NCBI GenBank assembly: GCA_963760795.1
Contig: CAVXEP010000012.1
Coordinates: 192,001-256,000 of the forward strand
Reading direction: 5' to 3'
DNA: 64,000 nt
Source: an uncultured delta proteobacterium
GTDB taxonomy: Bacteria > Desulfobacterota > Binatia > UBA9968
The notes below the pieces were generated by a model, which saw only the letters and a list, made by a program, of their open reading frames with translations, did no database searches and was not told the origin of the DNA. This document shows positions 51,192 through 60,997 of the stretch, piece after piece. Both the position numbers and the translations under genes were made by a program. How positions within the stretch are numbered: position 1 is the first letter of the stretch; each line of letters opens with the position of its first letter.

Positions 51192-52994
51192 ATGACCTGG
51201 GACCTCACGAGTTACTTTGCTGAATTTAACGGCGCCGAGATGGTTCAATTCAAAACCGCCATCCGTGCCGATGTCGCTGCGCTGCAGCAAACCGCCGCTG
51301 GTTTGCCGGCCCTCACTACTCAATCGGCCAATGGCTGGGAAGATATTCTCCTGCGCAACGAAGACCTGTCGCGCCGCATGTCGCACCTCGGTTCCTACAT
51401 CGGTTGTTTGGCTTCTTCCGACGCGCGCAACGAGGGGTATCAGAAAGAAGAAGCCGAGCTCAGCCGCACCCGCGCCGAGCTCGCTAAAGTCAGAATCGAA
51501 CTGCTGCGCGCCTGCAAGAGCGCCGATGACAAAGTCTTTGCGACCTTCTGCGCGCGTCCCGCATTGGCTGGGGCGCACAACTATCTAACCCGCCTGCGCG
51601 AAGAAGCGCGCCGCGCGATGACCTCGGAAAAAGAAATCCTCGCCACCGATTTGAACGTCGACGGCATCCAGGCTTGGGGCCGGCTCTATGATACGGTTTC
51701 TGCCAAACTAGAATTCGCCATGGTCTATCCCGATGGCAAGCGGGTGCGTTTGCCGATGTCGCAACGCCGCTCATTGATGGACGATCCCGACCGGCGCGTG
51801 CGTCAAGCCGCCTTCGAAGGCGGCAACGCGGCTTGGCAAAGCGTCGAAGACACCGCCGCCGCCGCCCTCAACGCCATCGCCGGCACAAGGTTGACATTGA
51901 ATCGCCACCGCGGCGTCGCTCACTTTCTCGACATCGCGCTTTTTCAGGCCGCCATCGGGCGCAAAACCCTCGACGCCATGTTCGAGGCGCTGATGGCGAA
52001 CCTGGAAATACCGCGGCGCATTCTCCGACTAAAAGCCAAATCGATGGCGCGCCAACAGGTCGCATGGTTCGATCTCGGCGCCCCCCTCGATCTGCCGAAT
52101 CAAGGGAAACTGACTTGGGACAAAGCCCAAGCCACCGTCGCCCAGTCGTTTAGCCGCGCCTACCCGGCGCTGGGAAGATTCTTCAACGAGCAGGTCATCG
52201 GCAAGAACTGGGTCGATTGGGAGCCGCGCCAGGGCAAACGGCCCGGCGGTTTTTGCACCAGCTCCATGCTGAGCAAGGAATCGCGCATCTTCATGACCTA
52301 CAACGAGTCCTTGGGCGATGTCCTGACCCTCGCCCATGAATCGGGCCACGCCTATCACGGCGCCATGATGCGCGACATCCGTCCCTACGCGCGCGGCTAT
52401 CCGATGACGCTGGCGGAAACCGCGTCGACCTTCGGTGAAAATGTTTTGATGAACGGCATCCTCGACGACCCAACGGTCAGCGACAGTGACAAAGCGCGTA
52501 TCCTCGACATCGAAGTCGGCCATGGCGCGGTCTACTTGTTGGACATTCCGGTGCGCTATGAGTTTGAAAAGTCTTTCTACGAAGAACGAGCAAACGGGCC
52601 GCTGACCGTGTCGCGACTGAAAGAGCTGATGGTGCAGACGCAACGACAAGTTTTGGGCGACGTGCTCGAAACCGGCGGCGAGGATCCCTACTTCTGGACA
52701 TCGAAGCTTCATTTCTATATCACCGGCATCACCTTCTACAATTTCCCCTACACCTTCGGCTATCTGCTCAGCCGCGGCCTCTACGCCATGTTTAAAAACG
52801 ACGGCGATGGTTTTCTACCTAAATACGAAGAATTCCTGCGCCGCGCCGGCAGCGACACGGCGGAGAATGTGGTGCGACAGACCGTCGGCAGAGATATCGA
52901 GAAAACTGAATTCTGGAGTGAAGCGATTCACAGCTTGGAAGAGCCACTCGGCCAACTGCAAGCGCTAATGCCGAAACTGACTATTCAAAACTAG
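51192..52994 (+). CDS. M3-family oligoendopeptidase (PepF-like)
   Basis: GKRPGGFC, HESGH, LAETASTF, FYNFPYTFG. Confidence 0.93.
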   Translation: MTWDLTSYFAEFNGAEMVQFKTAIRADVAALQQTAAGLPALTTQSANGWEDILLRNEDLSRRMSHLGSYIGCLASSDARNEGYQKEEAELSRTRAELAKVRIELLRACKSADDKVFATFCARPALAGAHNYLTRLREEARRAMTSEKEILATDLNVDGIQAWGRLYDTVSAKLEFAMVYPDGKRVRLPMSQRRSLMDDPDRRVRQAAFEGGNAAWQSVEDTAAAALNAIAGTRLTLNRHRGVAHFLDIALFQAAIGRKTLDAMFEALMANLEIPRRILRLKAKSMARQQVAWFDLGAPLDLPNQGKLTWDKAQATVAQSFSRAYPALGRFFNEQVIGKNWVDWEPRQGKRPGGFCTSSMLSKESRIFMTYNESLGDVLTLAHESGHAYHGAMMRDIRPYARGYPMTLAETASTFGENVLMNGILDDPTVSDSDKARILDIEVGHGAVYLLDIPVRYEFEKSFYEERANGPLTVSRLKELMVQTQRQVLGDVLETGGEDPYFWTSKLHFYITGITFYNFPYTFGYLLSRGLYAMFKNDGDGFLPKYEEFLRRAGSDTAENVVRQTVGRDIEKTEFWSEAIHSLEEPLGQLQALMPKLTIQN

Positions 52995-53055
52995 CGGGCA
53001 AGAGTATTTCACCACCAAGAACCTAGAGCGGCACAGCAACCAAAAAGAAGTATGG

Positions 53056-53194
53056 CCGCAAAGAACGCAAAGGGCGCAAAGGTGACGGGCGATGCCCGTC
53101 ATCCCGAGGGAGCACGAGGGATCGAAGATAGATTTCTCCCAAGGGTCGAAATGACAACGATTCCGAACTTTGCGACCTTGGCGTTCTTGGCGCG
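53056..53194. repeat. Nested REP/MITE-like palindromic element, copy 1
   Basis: Outer CGCAAAG.../...CTTTGCG arms enclose a 75-nt core (53082-53156) closely matching the reverse complement of 54670-54746. Confidence 0.8.
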
Positions 53195-53245
53195 AGGAAT
53201 ACCCGACTCGGAAACGTTCGGGGCTAAGAAAATTTGCGCAAGCAA

Positions 53246-54502
53246 CTATTTCTGATTCATCCCTTCCAACAGCGCCGTTCTGAGCAAATCGATGGCGCTG
53301 AGCGTCATGCGCGAGCGGTCGTAAGCGCCGCGGCCGGCGCTGGTGCTTTCACGCCTGAGAAAAGTTTTGCCATCGGTAAGTGAAACATAGGTCTGCCCGC
53401 GCGCAAGATTTTGAATCTTGCTGTCGGGATCGGCGATGGCGTGCAGCGCCAGGCCGAAATCGCAGCCGGACTGTTGGCGCGCCGCCCAAGCCATTTCATC
53501 GGTAAGCGCGGTTGGATCTTTTAAAGTCGCGTCCAGATTGATGCCGCTGCGCGCGTTTTTCAGTAATGAGCGCAGGGCATTTTCGTTATTGCAAATAAAG
53601 CCGGCGCCGAAGTTCTCATTGCCGGCGGTCTGCAGGCGCTCCGCCAACTGACCGCAGGTGAGATCCTCGCACACCGCCACGGTCTGGTTTTTTTCGCGCA
53701 GCAATTGGCCGGTGACAACCTCCATGGTTTCGTCGTCGGCGGCGAAAATGGCCGTGCCCAAAAGTTCCCGCACCTCGGCTTCCACCGGTGCGATCATCTT
53801 CATCGCCTCGGCGCGATTGGCCGCCTTGGCGGCGATGCGCACGTCGACTTGGCCGGGTAACGCCAGCACACCGACGGTTGGATTACTGGAGTTGGCGATC
53901 AAGTGGCCGACTTTATCGTCAACCGCGCTCTCGCCGATGCCGACGATCTTGAGCACGCGGTAGTGAATCACCTCGGCGAGATTGAATTTCTTTCTGAGAT
54001 AGGGTTCGACTTCGTTTTCGAACAGCCATTTCATCTCCACCGGCACGCCGGGCAACGAGAAAACCACGGCGCGCGGATCTTCGACGACAAAGGACGGTGC
54101 CGTGCCGTTGGGATTTTTCACCGGGATCGCTCCCTCCGGCATATAGGATTGGCGCAGATTGTTGGGCGTCATCGGCCGGCCGCGCCGGCGAAAGTGGCCT
54201 TCGACCTGCTCCAGCATGCCGGCGTCTTGAACGAGTTTGCGCCCAGTAACTTCGGCGACGATGTCGCGAGTCAGATCGTCCTGGGTCGGCCCGATGCCGC
54301 CGCTAGTGATAACGATGTCGGCGCGCTCCACCGCCCGCGCGATCACTTCCTTCATCCGCTCAGGATTATCGCCGACCACCGATTTGAAATATAAATTGAC
54401 CCCCAGCGCCGTCAGCCGCTGCGCCATCCAGGCCGAATTGGTATCGACGATCTGACCGAGCAGCAATTCCGAACCGATCGCGACTATTTCCGCGTTTGCC
54501 AT
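53246..54502 (-). CDS. cinA: CinA-family protein (MocF-like domain + degenerate PncC domain)
   Basis: AIGSELLLGQIVDTN, SGGIGPTQDDLT, NPNGTAP, LPGVPVEM. Confidence 0.9.
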   Translation of the reverse strand: MANAEIVAIGSELLLGQIVDTNSAWMAQRLTALGVNLYFKSVVGDNPERMKEVIARAVERADIVITSGGIGPTQDDLTRDIVAEVTGRKLVQDAGMLEQVEGHFRRRGRPMTPNNLRQSYMPEGAIPVKNPNGTAPSFVVEDPRAVVFSLPGVPVEMKWLFENEVEPYLRKKFNLAEVIHYRVLKIVGIGESAVDDKVGHLIANSSNPTVGVLALPGQVDVRIAAKAANRAEAMKMIAPVEAEVRELLGTAIFAADDETMEVVTGQLLREKNQTVAVCEDLTCGQLAERLQTAGNENFGAGFICNNENALRSLLKNARSGINLDATLKDPTALTDEMAWAARQQSGCDFGLALHAIADPDSKIQNLARGQTYVSLTDGKTFLRRESTSAGRGAYDRSRMTLSAIDLLRTALLEGMNQK

Positions 54503-54631
54503 GGCAAGCATTCTCCTTCAATCGAGTAAAATTTATACCCTAGGCGGCGTGGCCGACACAAGAACGCCCTCGCGCCTGTGCGCCCTCCAGTGATACGATG
54601 GCATGCGAAAGACGGTCGGATTCGGATGTTG

Positions 54632-54767
54632 CTCTCGCCAAGGCGCAAAGACGCCAAGGCCGGAAGGGATGTCATTTCGACCGAAGGGAGAAATCTCTCA
54701 TAGATCCCTCGCGTTCACTCGGGATGACGGGCATCGGCCCGTCAACTTGCTGGCGCCTTTGCGAGAG
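54632..54767. repeat. Nested REP/MITE-like palindromic element, copy 2 (inverted)
   Basis: CTCTCGCCAAGGCGC...GCGCCTTTGCGAGAG arms around GTCATTTCGACC...CTCGGGATGACGGGC. Confidence 0.8.
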
Positions 54768-54779
54768 ATAATCCGACCC

Positions 54780-56831
54780 ATGGTAAATTCACCGCGCGAC
54801 AACACCCGATTGCAGTTCACTCTGGAAGCCGAGTCGCCCGATTCCCGCGCGCGCGCGGCAACTTTTCAGACGCTGCATGGCGCAGTCGAAACACCGATCT
54901 TCATGCCGGTGGGCACCCAGGCGACGGTCAAAGCGCAGAGCGTGGAAAGTTTGCAAGCAACCGGCGCGCGCTTGTTATTGGCGAATACCTATCATCTCCT
55001 GCTTCGGCCCGGCGCCGAAGTCTTCAAGAAATTCGGCGGCATTCACCGCTTCATGAATTGGCCGGGCCCGGTGCTGACGGACTCCGGCGGCTTTCAGATT
55101 TTCTCGCTGCCCCATTCGCGAGCCATGAATGAAGCCGGCGCAAACTTCCAAAGCTACGTCGATGGCAAGAGTTATTTGCTGTCGCCGGAGTCGAGCATTG
55201 AAATGCAGCAAGCCATCGGCAGCGATATCATGATGGTGCTCGATCAATGCATCCCCGCCACCGCAGCGTATCCTCAGGCGCAGACGGCCATGGAGTTGAC
55301 CCACCGGTGGGCGCAACGTTCGCTGCAAGCGCGCGGCGATGCCCCGGCAGCACTCTTCGGTATCGTACAGGGCGGCGGCCATCCGCAGCTGAGAAAAATC
55401 AGCGCCGCATTCCTGTGCGAACTGCCCTTCGACGGCTTGGCCATCGGCGGTCTCGCGGTGGGCGAGACTCACGCTGAGCGTTACGATCTCACCGCACTGG
55501 TCACCGAGCAGCTGCCGGCCCAGCTGCCGCGTTATCTCATGGGCGTGGGCACGCCCAGCGATCTTCTCGAGGCCGTCCATCGCGGCGTCGACATGTTCGA
55601 CTGCATTATCCCGACCCAACTGGCGCAACGCGGCGTCGCCTTTACCTCCCACGGCAAACTACAATTGCGCCGCGCCGTTCATAAACTCGCCGACGAGCCT
55701 GTCGACGCCCGTTGCGATTGCCAATGCTGCCGAGACTACTCGCGCGCCTACCTGCACCACCTGATCAAATCGGCTGAAGTGCTCGGTTGGCATCTCTTGG
55801 GCATGCACAACCTGGCGTTCTACCATCGCCTGATGAAGGAAATGCGCGAGCGAATTTTAGCCGGCAACTTTGCCGCGTACTACCGTCATAAGCGCGCCGA
55901 GTTGATGCGCGCCGATGAAGATAATCCGAATCGCCCGCCGAAGAAAAACAAAGTCGTCCAGCCGGCCCGCTTGGGCGACTATGAGCTGCACCGCTCGGTT
56001 CATGGTTTTTACAGCATTCGCCAAATCAGCTCCGGCGAAATCATGCACTCGGTGAGCGCGCCGAGCGAAGAAGCCAACCAGCTTTACATCGAGCAGTCGG
56101 CTCTCGCCGCGCGCTTAAGCACCGACAACACCGAAGAATTGGTCATCTGGGATGTCGGCCTGGGCGCCGCCAGCAATGCCATGGCGGCGATTCACTGCTT
56201 CGAGCGCTGCCACGGGGGAAATAACCGCGCCGGCCTGCGCCCCCTGCGTCTGCTCAGTTTTGAGCAGGATCTCGATGCGCTCAGCCTCGCCGCCAAACAT
56301 GCCGGCTACTTCCCGCACCTGCACCACAGCGCGCCGTCGAAGATTCTCTCCCAAGGGAGCTGGCAACACGCGTCGGAAATGCTGCATTGGCAACTGCTGC
56401 TAGGAGACTTTCGCGACTCAATCGAAAGCGCAGCGATCCCCGACCTGATTTTTTACGATCCTTTCTCATTCAAAACCGACGCTGAACTATGGACCGGGGA
56501 AATCTTTGCGAGAATATTTGCCCGCTGCCTGGCCAAACCGGCCGAACTCTATACTTACTCCGCAGCCACCGCGGTGCGCGTGGCATTGCTGAGCGCAGGC
56601 TTCTTGGTTGCCCAAGGGGTCGGCACCGGACCGAAGAGCGAGACCACGATCGCATTCAACAAAGCCGAAAGCGCGGCCCAGCATCCGTTGGCGCCGCCAC
56701 TGCTCGACCAAAAATGGCTAGCGCGCTGGCGCCGCAGCAGCGCTAAATTTCCCGCAACCATGGCACCGGCGGAGCAAGCACAATTTGCCGCCATGATCGA
56801 AGGCCATCGGCAATTTTTAGACCCAGCTTAA
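54780..56831 (+). CDS. tgt: tRNA-guanine transglycosylase fused to an MnmC/MnmD-like methyltransferase domain
   Basis: TPIFMPVGT, DSGGFQ, LDQC, GGLAVGE, MFDC, CDCQCC; then IMHS, DVGLGAASN, YDPFS..ELW, YTYS, GPKSE in the same frame. Confidence 0.93.
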   Translation: MVNSPRDNTRLQFTLEAESPDSRARAATFQTLHGAVETPIFMPVGTQATVKAQSVESLQATGARLLLANTYHLLLRPGAEVFKKFGGIHRFMNWPGPVLTDSGGFQIFSLPHSRAMNEAGANFQSYVDGKSYLLSPESSIEMQQAIGSDIMMVLDQCIPATAAYPQAQTAMELTHRWAQRSLQARGDAPAALFGIVQGGGHPQLRKISAAFLCELPFDGLAIGGLAVGETHAERYDLTALVTEQLPAQLPRYLMGVGTPSDLLEAVHRGVDMFDCIIPTQLAQRGVAFTSHGKLQLRRAVHKLADEPVDARCDCQCCRDYSRAYLHHLIKSAEVLGWHLLGMHNLAFYHRLMKEMRERILAGNFAAYYRHKRAELMRADEDNPNRPPKKNKVVQPARLGDYELHRSVHGFYSIRQISSGEIMHSVSAPSEEANQLYIEQSALAARLSTDNTEELVIWDVGLGAASNAMAAIHCFERCHGGNNRAGLRPLRLLSFEQDLDALSLAAKHAGYFPHLHHSAPSKILSQGSWQHASEMLHWQLLLGDFRDSIESAAIPDLIFYDPFSFKTDAELWTGEIFARIFARCLAKPAELYTYSAATAVRVALLSAGFLVAQGVGTGPKSETTIAFNKAESAAQHPLAPPLLDQKWLARWRRSSAKFPATMAPAEQAQFAAMIEGHRQFLDPA

Positions 56832-57198
56832 TTTAGCTAAGCCCGAATCGTTTTCGCAAAGTGGATGTTTTTGACTAGCTGGATTGGACTGCGGTGGGGA
56901 CTGCCAGACTCGCATCTCCCTGCGTGGCTTGAATAGGAGTACTCAGGCGTATCGTACACTGCGCTTAGTTCTCATTTAATCCTGCACTCGGCTTTATCCA
57001 GGTACACGAAACCGAAAAAAAACCAGTGCTCTCTTAGACCTAATCGTGTACACTGACAATTATTTTCTCCCTTTGTTATTTCAGAGCTGTTTCTTGATCA
57101 ACTTTTTTACAAGAAAGGCTCGCGACGCTTCGCGAAACTGCAATGGCATCAATTTGTCTTGGAACTCCCTGCGGTCTCAATAATAGAGTAAGGTCGAC

Positions 57199-57504
57199 GT
57201 GCAAGATTTCTGGATAACCGCGCAGCAGTTGACCGTTATGAAAGATAGTTTCCTAAAGGATTTCTATGAAGCGGCACACAACGCGAAACGCGCTGTGTTC
57301 CAACAGGCGGTTAATCAGTTAATCGAGGCGGGCGCGGATCAGCGTCGGATTGAATATCTCGTCATGCCAAATAGATCCGAGCGCATCCAATACGGTCGGA
57401 TTTATTTCGAGTTGCACACCAGCTTCAATAACTACTTCATCCGATACGAGATGCGTCCAGGATTCGCGATCAAATCCAGTTTGTTGTCAGACCGTCAGTC
57501 CTAG
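57199..57504 (+). CDS. Hypothetical protein
   Basis: 101-aa ORF after an AT-rich upstream region. Confidence 0.5.
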   Translation: MQDFWITAQQLTVMKDSFLKDFYEAAHNAKRAVFQQAVNQLIEAGADQRRIEYLVMPNRSERIQYGRIYFELHTSFNNYFIRYEMRPGFAIKSSLLSDRQS

Positions 57505-57636
57505 CACATTCGCTTCTCCGAATTTTTGCCTAAGAAGTTTAGTTGTACATCTCGCCACTGATCCCAGACCCCTCATCCATAAATCCGTGATGTCATTTTG
57601 ATATTGAGAAATAATTTGCGTGACGTCGTGGCAACA

Positions 57637-57700
57637 ATACGGGGACGCCGGTTTTACGCCTGGGCGTTGATGGACAATCACGCGCACATTCTGCTGAGTA
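57637..57700 (+). pseudogene. Fragment of an HUH (IS200/RAYT-like Y1) transposase
   Basis: YAWALMDNHAHILL contains the NHxH motif; the rest of the gene is absent. Confidence 0.65.
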
Positions 57701-57827
57701 ATGAGAGTCTGCGCAGAATAGAGGGATGTTGTCGAAGATGAAGATATTGAAAAGAGTTTTGTCCAGCCAGTCAACAACCTCTCTTTTGACATCCCCTTTG
57801 ACAAAAAATAAGCGGAACCCGAGCGTG

Positions 57828-57862
57828 AAATAAAAAAGGCGCCCCGGGGTGACAGGGCGCCT
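57828..57862 (-). terminator. Orphan intrinsic terminator
   Basis: AGGCGCCC-TGTCACCCCG-GGGCGCC followed by TTTTTTATTT on the minus strand. Confidence 0.75.
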
Positions 57863-58087
57863 GAGTCGGCGGTAGGTTGCAGTATCACGTAAGCTGTACT
57901 CGCACCTACTGCTCTGCCTAGGGAGGCAATGCCAAGAAGCAGAGTATCTCGATCGAGTCGCCAACTTCTGATTTCAGCATAGCGCTGGAAAAGTCGAAGT
58001 GAAGACCTTGTGAGAGAAAAGCCTTAAAGCGGTCCACTTGACGTCCGCACCTGTCACCCATCAGGATCAAGCCATGGGAACGATCCT

Positions 58088-58115
58088 GTAGGGGCGATTC
58101 ATGAATCGCCCGTAC
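58088..58115. repeat. GTAG-family REP element
   Basis: GTAG-GGGCGATTCATGAATCGCCC-GTAC, perfect 20-nt palindromic core. Confidence 0.8.
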
Positions 58116-58250
58116 GGAATCATCTACCGCCCTGGCCAGTTTACTTGCCCAAGAAAACTGTCGGTACCACGCCGCCCTCCAACGGTAGCCAATCATCGCC
58201 GGCTGCCCCTTGCACTTGTCCGTTCATGACTTCTTTGCCAGTATGGCCTC

Positions 58251-59000
58251 ATGATCATCTTGCTTTCCAACGATGACGGCATCCAATCCGACGGACTCAC
58301 CGCTCTGGAAACGAGCCTCGCTCACCTCGGCGAACTCTATACCGTGGCGCCGGATCGGGCGCAGAGTTCCACGAGCCACTCGTTGACCTTGCACCGGCCG
58401 CTGCGCGTCCAGGAGCTCGGGCCGCGGCGCATGTCGGTCAATGGCACGCCGGTGGATTGCGTCAAGTTGGCGCTCACCGGCCTTTTGCCGGTAAAGCCAG
58501 ACCTGGTCGTCTCCGGCATTAACAAAGGTCCCAATCTCGGCGACGATATTATTTATTCAGGCACGGTATCCGCGGCCATCGAGGGTACGCTTTTGGGCAT
58601 CCCTGCCGTCGCCGTATCTCTTGTCACCTTCGAAAATTTTGATTTTGGCGCCGCGGCGGAGTTCACCGCGAGGTTGATCGAGTGCATCCAAAAGCCCGGC
58701 ATTCCGGCGGGCACCCTGCTCAACGTCAACGTGCCCAATTTACCGAGAGAACAACTCAAGGGCTGGAAATTCACCCGCATGGGCAAGCGCCATTACAGCG
58801 AAACCATCGTCGAACGGGTCGACCCGCGCGGCGGCAAGTATTATTGGATCGGCGGCGACGACTTGGGTTTCGCCAATGACGACGGCACCGATTGTGTCGC
58901 CGTGCACGAAGGCTACGTCTCGGTGACGCCGCTGCAATGCGATATGACCGACCACCGGCTGCTCAAGGACACGCCGGTGGCACAGTTTCCCTGGCCCTGA
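58251..59000 (+). CDS. surE: 5'/3'-nucleotidase SurE
   Basis: LSNDDG, GTPVDCV, SGIN.GPNLG, YSGTVSAA. Confidence 0.97.
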   Translation: MIILLSNDDGIQSDGLTALETSLAHLGELYTVAPDRAQSSTSHSLTLHRPLRVQELGPRRMSVNGTPVDCVKLALTGLLPVKPDLVVSGINKGPNLGDDIIYSGTVSAAIEGTLLGIPAVAVSLVTFENFDFGAAAEFTARLIECIQKPGIPAGTLLNVNVPNLPREQLKGWKFTRMGKRHYSETIVERVDPRGGKYYWIGGDDLGFANDDGTDCVAVHEGYVSVTPLQCDMTDHRLLKDTPVAQFPWP

Positions 59001-59013
59001 ATTGAGTCGCGCC

Positions 59014-59409
59014 ATGGCCGAACAAGACGAACCGGTGCGCATCGACAAATGGCTCTGGGCCGCGCGCTTTTTCAAGACCCGCGGGTTGGCGGCCGAAGCA
59101 GTGGACGGCGGCAAGGTCGAAATTAACGGCGAGCGCGCCAAACCGAGCCGCATGGTCCGCGCCGGCTATAGAATAACCGTACGCCGCGGTCCCTACGAAT
59201 GGATCGTCATCGTGAAAAGTGTCGCGCGCCTGCGCGGTCCGGCGGCGCAGGCGCAACTGCTTTACGACGAGACCGAGGAGAGTTTGCGTCAACGCCAAAC
59301 CGCCGCAGCGCAATTCAAACTCGAACGGCCGGCGGAATTCGCCGCGCCGGGGCGGCCGACCAAGCGAGACCGGCGGGCGATTTCACGCTTCACCAAACGC
59401 AGCTGGTAG
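59014..59409 (+). CDS. hslR: Ribosome-associated heat shock protein Hsp15 (S4 domain)
   Basis: RIDKWLWAARFFKTR and GRPTKRDRR motifs. Confidence 0.9.
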   Translation: MAEQDEPVRIDKWLWAARFFKTRGLAAEAVDGGKVEINGERAKPSRMVRAGYRITVRRGPYEWIVIVKSVARLRGPAAQAQLLYDETEESLRQRQTAAAQFKLERPAEFAAPGRPTKRDRRAISRFTKRSW

Positions 59410-59490
59410 CTTGGTCGCCGCGACAAATCTAACTTGAATTCGCCGATCTGCATGGTAGACAACTACAACGTTAATTTCCCAGGGGACATC

Positions 59491-60549
59491 ATGAAACAAA
59501 TGATCTGGTTAACGGCGGTCGCCATGCTGTTTGTCTCACTTGGCAGCGGGGAACTATTCAGCCAAACGGCGCCCTACTTCCAAGGCAAGACCATCCTGCT
59601 GATACAAGGCCGCGAACCCGGCGGCACCGGCGCCCTGCGCGCGCAGGCGGCGATCCCCTTTCTTAAGAAATACCTTCCCGGCGAGCCGATCATCGTCACC
59701 CAATTCATGCCGGGCGGCGGCGGCCGTAAGGCGTCGAACTTTGTCGCGCGCAACGCCAAGCCCGACGGGCTGACCTTGGGCAATGTCGGTTCCGGGCTGG
59801 TCGCCAACGCCGTGCTCGGCTCAACCGGTGTCGAATATGATATCGACAAATTGATTTATCTCGGCGCCGCCAACAGCACGGCGCAATATGTTTTCGGCTC
59901 GGTGGCGCGTCTGGGACTCGATAGCTTGGATAAACTCCGCGCCCATGCCGGTCTCCGCGTCGGCGCGCAAACCGTCGGCCACGACATCTATATAAACGGC
60001 CGGCTCTTCTCCTGGATACTAGGTCTCAAAGATCCGAAATTTATCACCGGCTATTCGGGACCCGAGCTCGACCTCGCCATGGACCGCGGCGAACTCGATG
60101 CCCGCGCCAACATCCCTGACACGATTCTGCAACGCAACGCCGAGCAGATCGAGAAACGTTACCTCAATTTTCATGCGATCATTCAGATCCCCAAGGACGA
60201 TCGCCATCCCCACGGCCTGTTCAGCAAACTGCCTGAGTTGGAGAGCTTCGCCAAGAGCGAGCGCGAGCGGAAGATCATGACCATGTTCCGCACCTTCCGC
60301 CTGGTCGGCTCGCCCTATATTCTACCGCCAGGGACGCCGACTGAGGCGGTGGCGCACTGGCGCGAGGCGATGCGCAAGACTTTTCGCGATCCGGCGTTCT
60401 TGAAGGAATTCAAACGGCTCTCAGCCGACGACGCCACGCCGCTGTTGCCGGAAGCTCAGGAGAAAGCGATCAAGGACATTCCGCGCGACGCCGATGTCAT
60501 CGCGCTATTCAACAAGATCGCCGGCAACGATCCGCTGCCGCCGCGCTAG
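59491..60549 (+). CDS. Tripartite tricarboxylate transporter substrate-binding protein (TctC/Bug-like)
   Basis: Signal peptide, FQGKTI, MPGGGG, KPDGLT, LAMDRGELD, PPGTP. Confidence 0.85.
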   Translation: MKQMIWLTAVAMLFVSLGSGELFSQTAPYFQGKTILLIQGREPGGTGALRAQAAIPFLKKYLPGEPIIVTQFMPGGGGRKASNFVARNAKPDGLTLGNVGSGLVANAVLGSTGVEYDIDKLIYLGAANSTAQYVFGSVARLGLDSLDKLRAHAGLRVGAQTVGHDIYINGRLFSWILGLKDPKFITGYSGPELDLAMDRGELDARANIPDTILQRNAEQIEKRYLNFHAIIQIPKDDRHPHGLFSKLPELESFAKSERERKIMTMFRTFRLVGSPYILPPGTPTEAVAHWREAMRKTFRDPAFLKEFKRLSADDATPLLPEAQEKAIKDIPRDADVIALFNKIAGNDPLPPR

Positions 60550-60997
60550 GCGCGAGCTATCGCCGGCGTCAGCGAAATCTTAGCCTACGGCACGGCTGTC
60601 TACGTGGAAGCTTTCCGTGGATAAAAAAATGCCAAGCGCTGTTGGCTTGGCGTTGGTCATTCTTGGGAAACAAACCATCATCGGTAACGGTCACCTGGTT
60701 GCTCACTGTCACTGATTAATTTGGTTTAGCAAATTCTCTGAATCACCGCCTCGCGCACTTACCGCTCTAATCAACCTAGCGACATCCGCTGGCCCGATGG
60801 CATCGGCTGCACAGGCACGCGAATGCGTCGCGCGACCGCAAGACGTACACACCTTGAGGCCGGGAACGTCTTCTGCCTCGAAGCTCTGGCTTCACGGCTA
60901 CACTGAACTGGACAAGAGCACGCGCACAAAGGGGGAGCAAAGATTTTGCAATGCGAGGAGCGGCCCCGCTATGACGGTGGGATCTCCTTTATGACCG

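Noticed and set aside
54603-54779. N-terminal extension of Tgt given in the ORF track
   Set aside because: It is the translation of the palindromic repeat; Tgt similarity begins after ATG 54780
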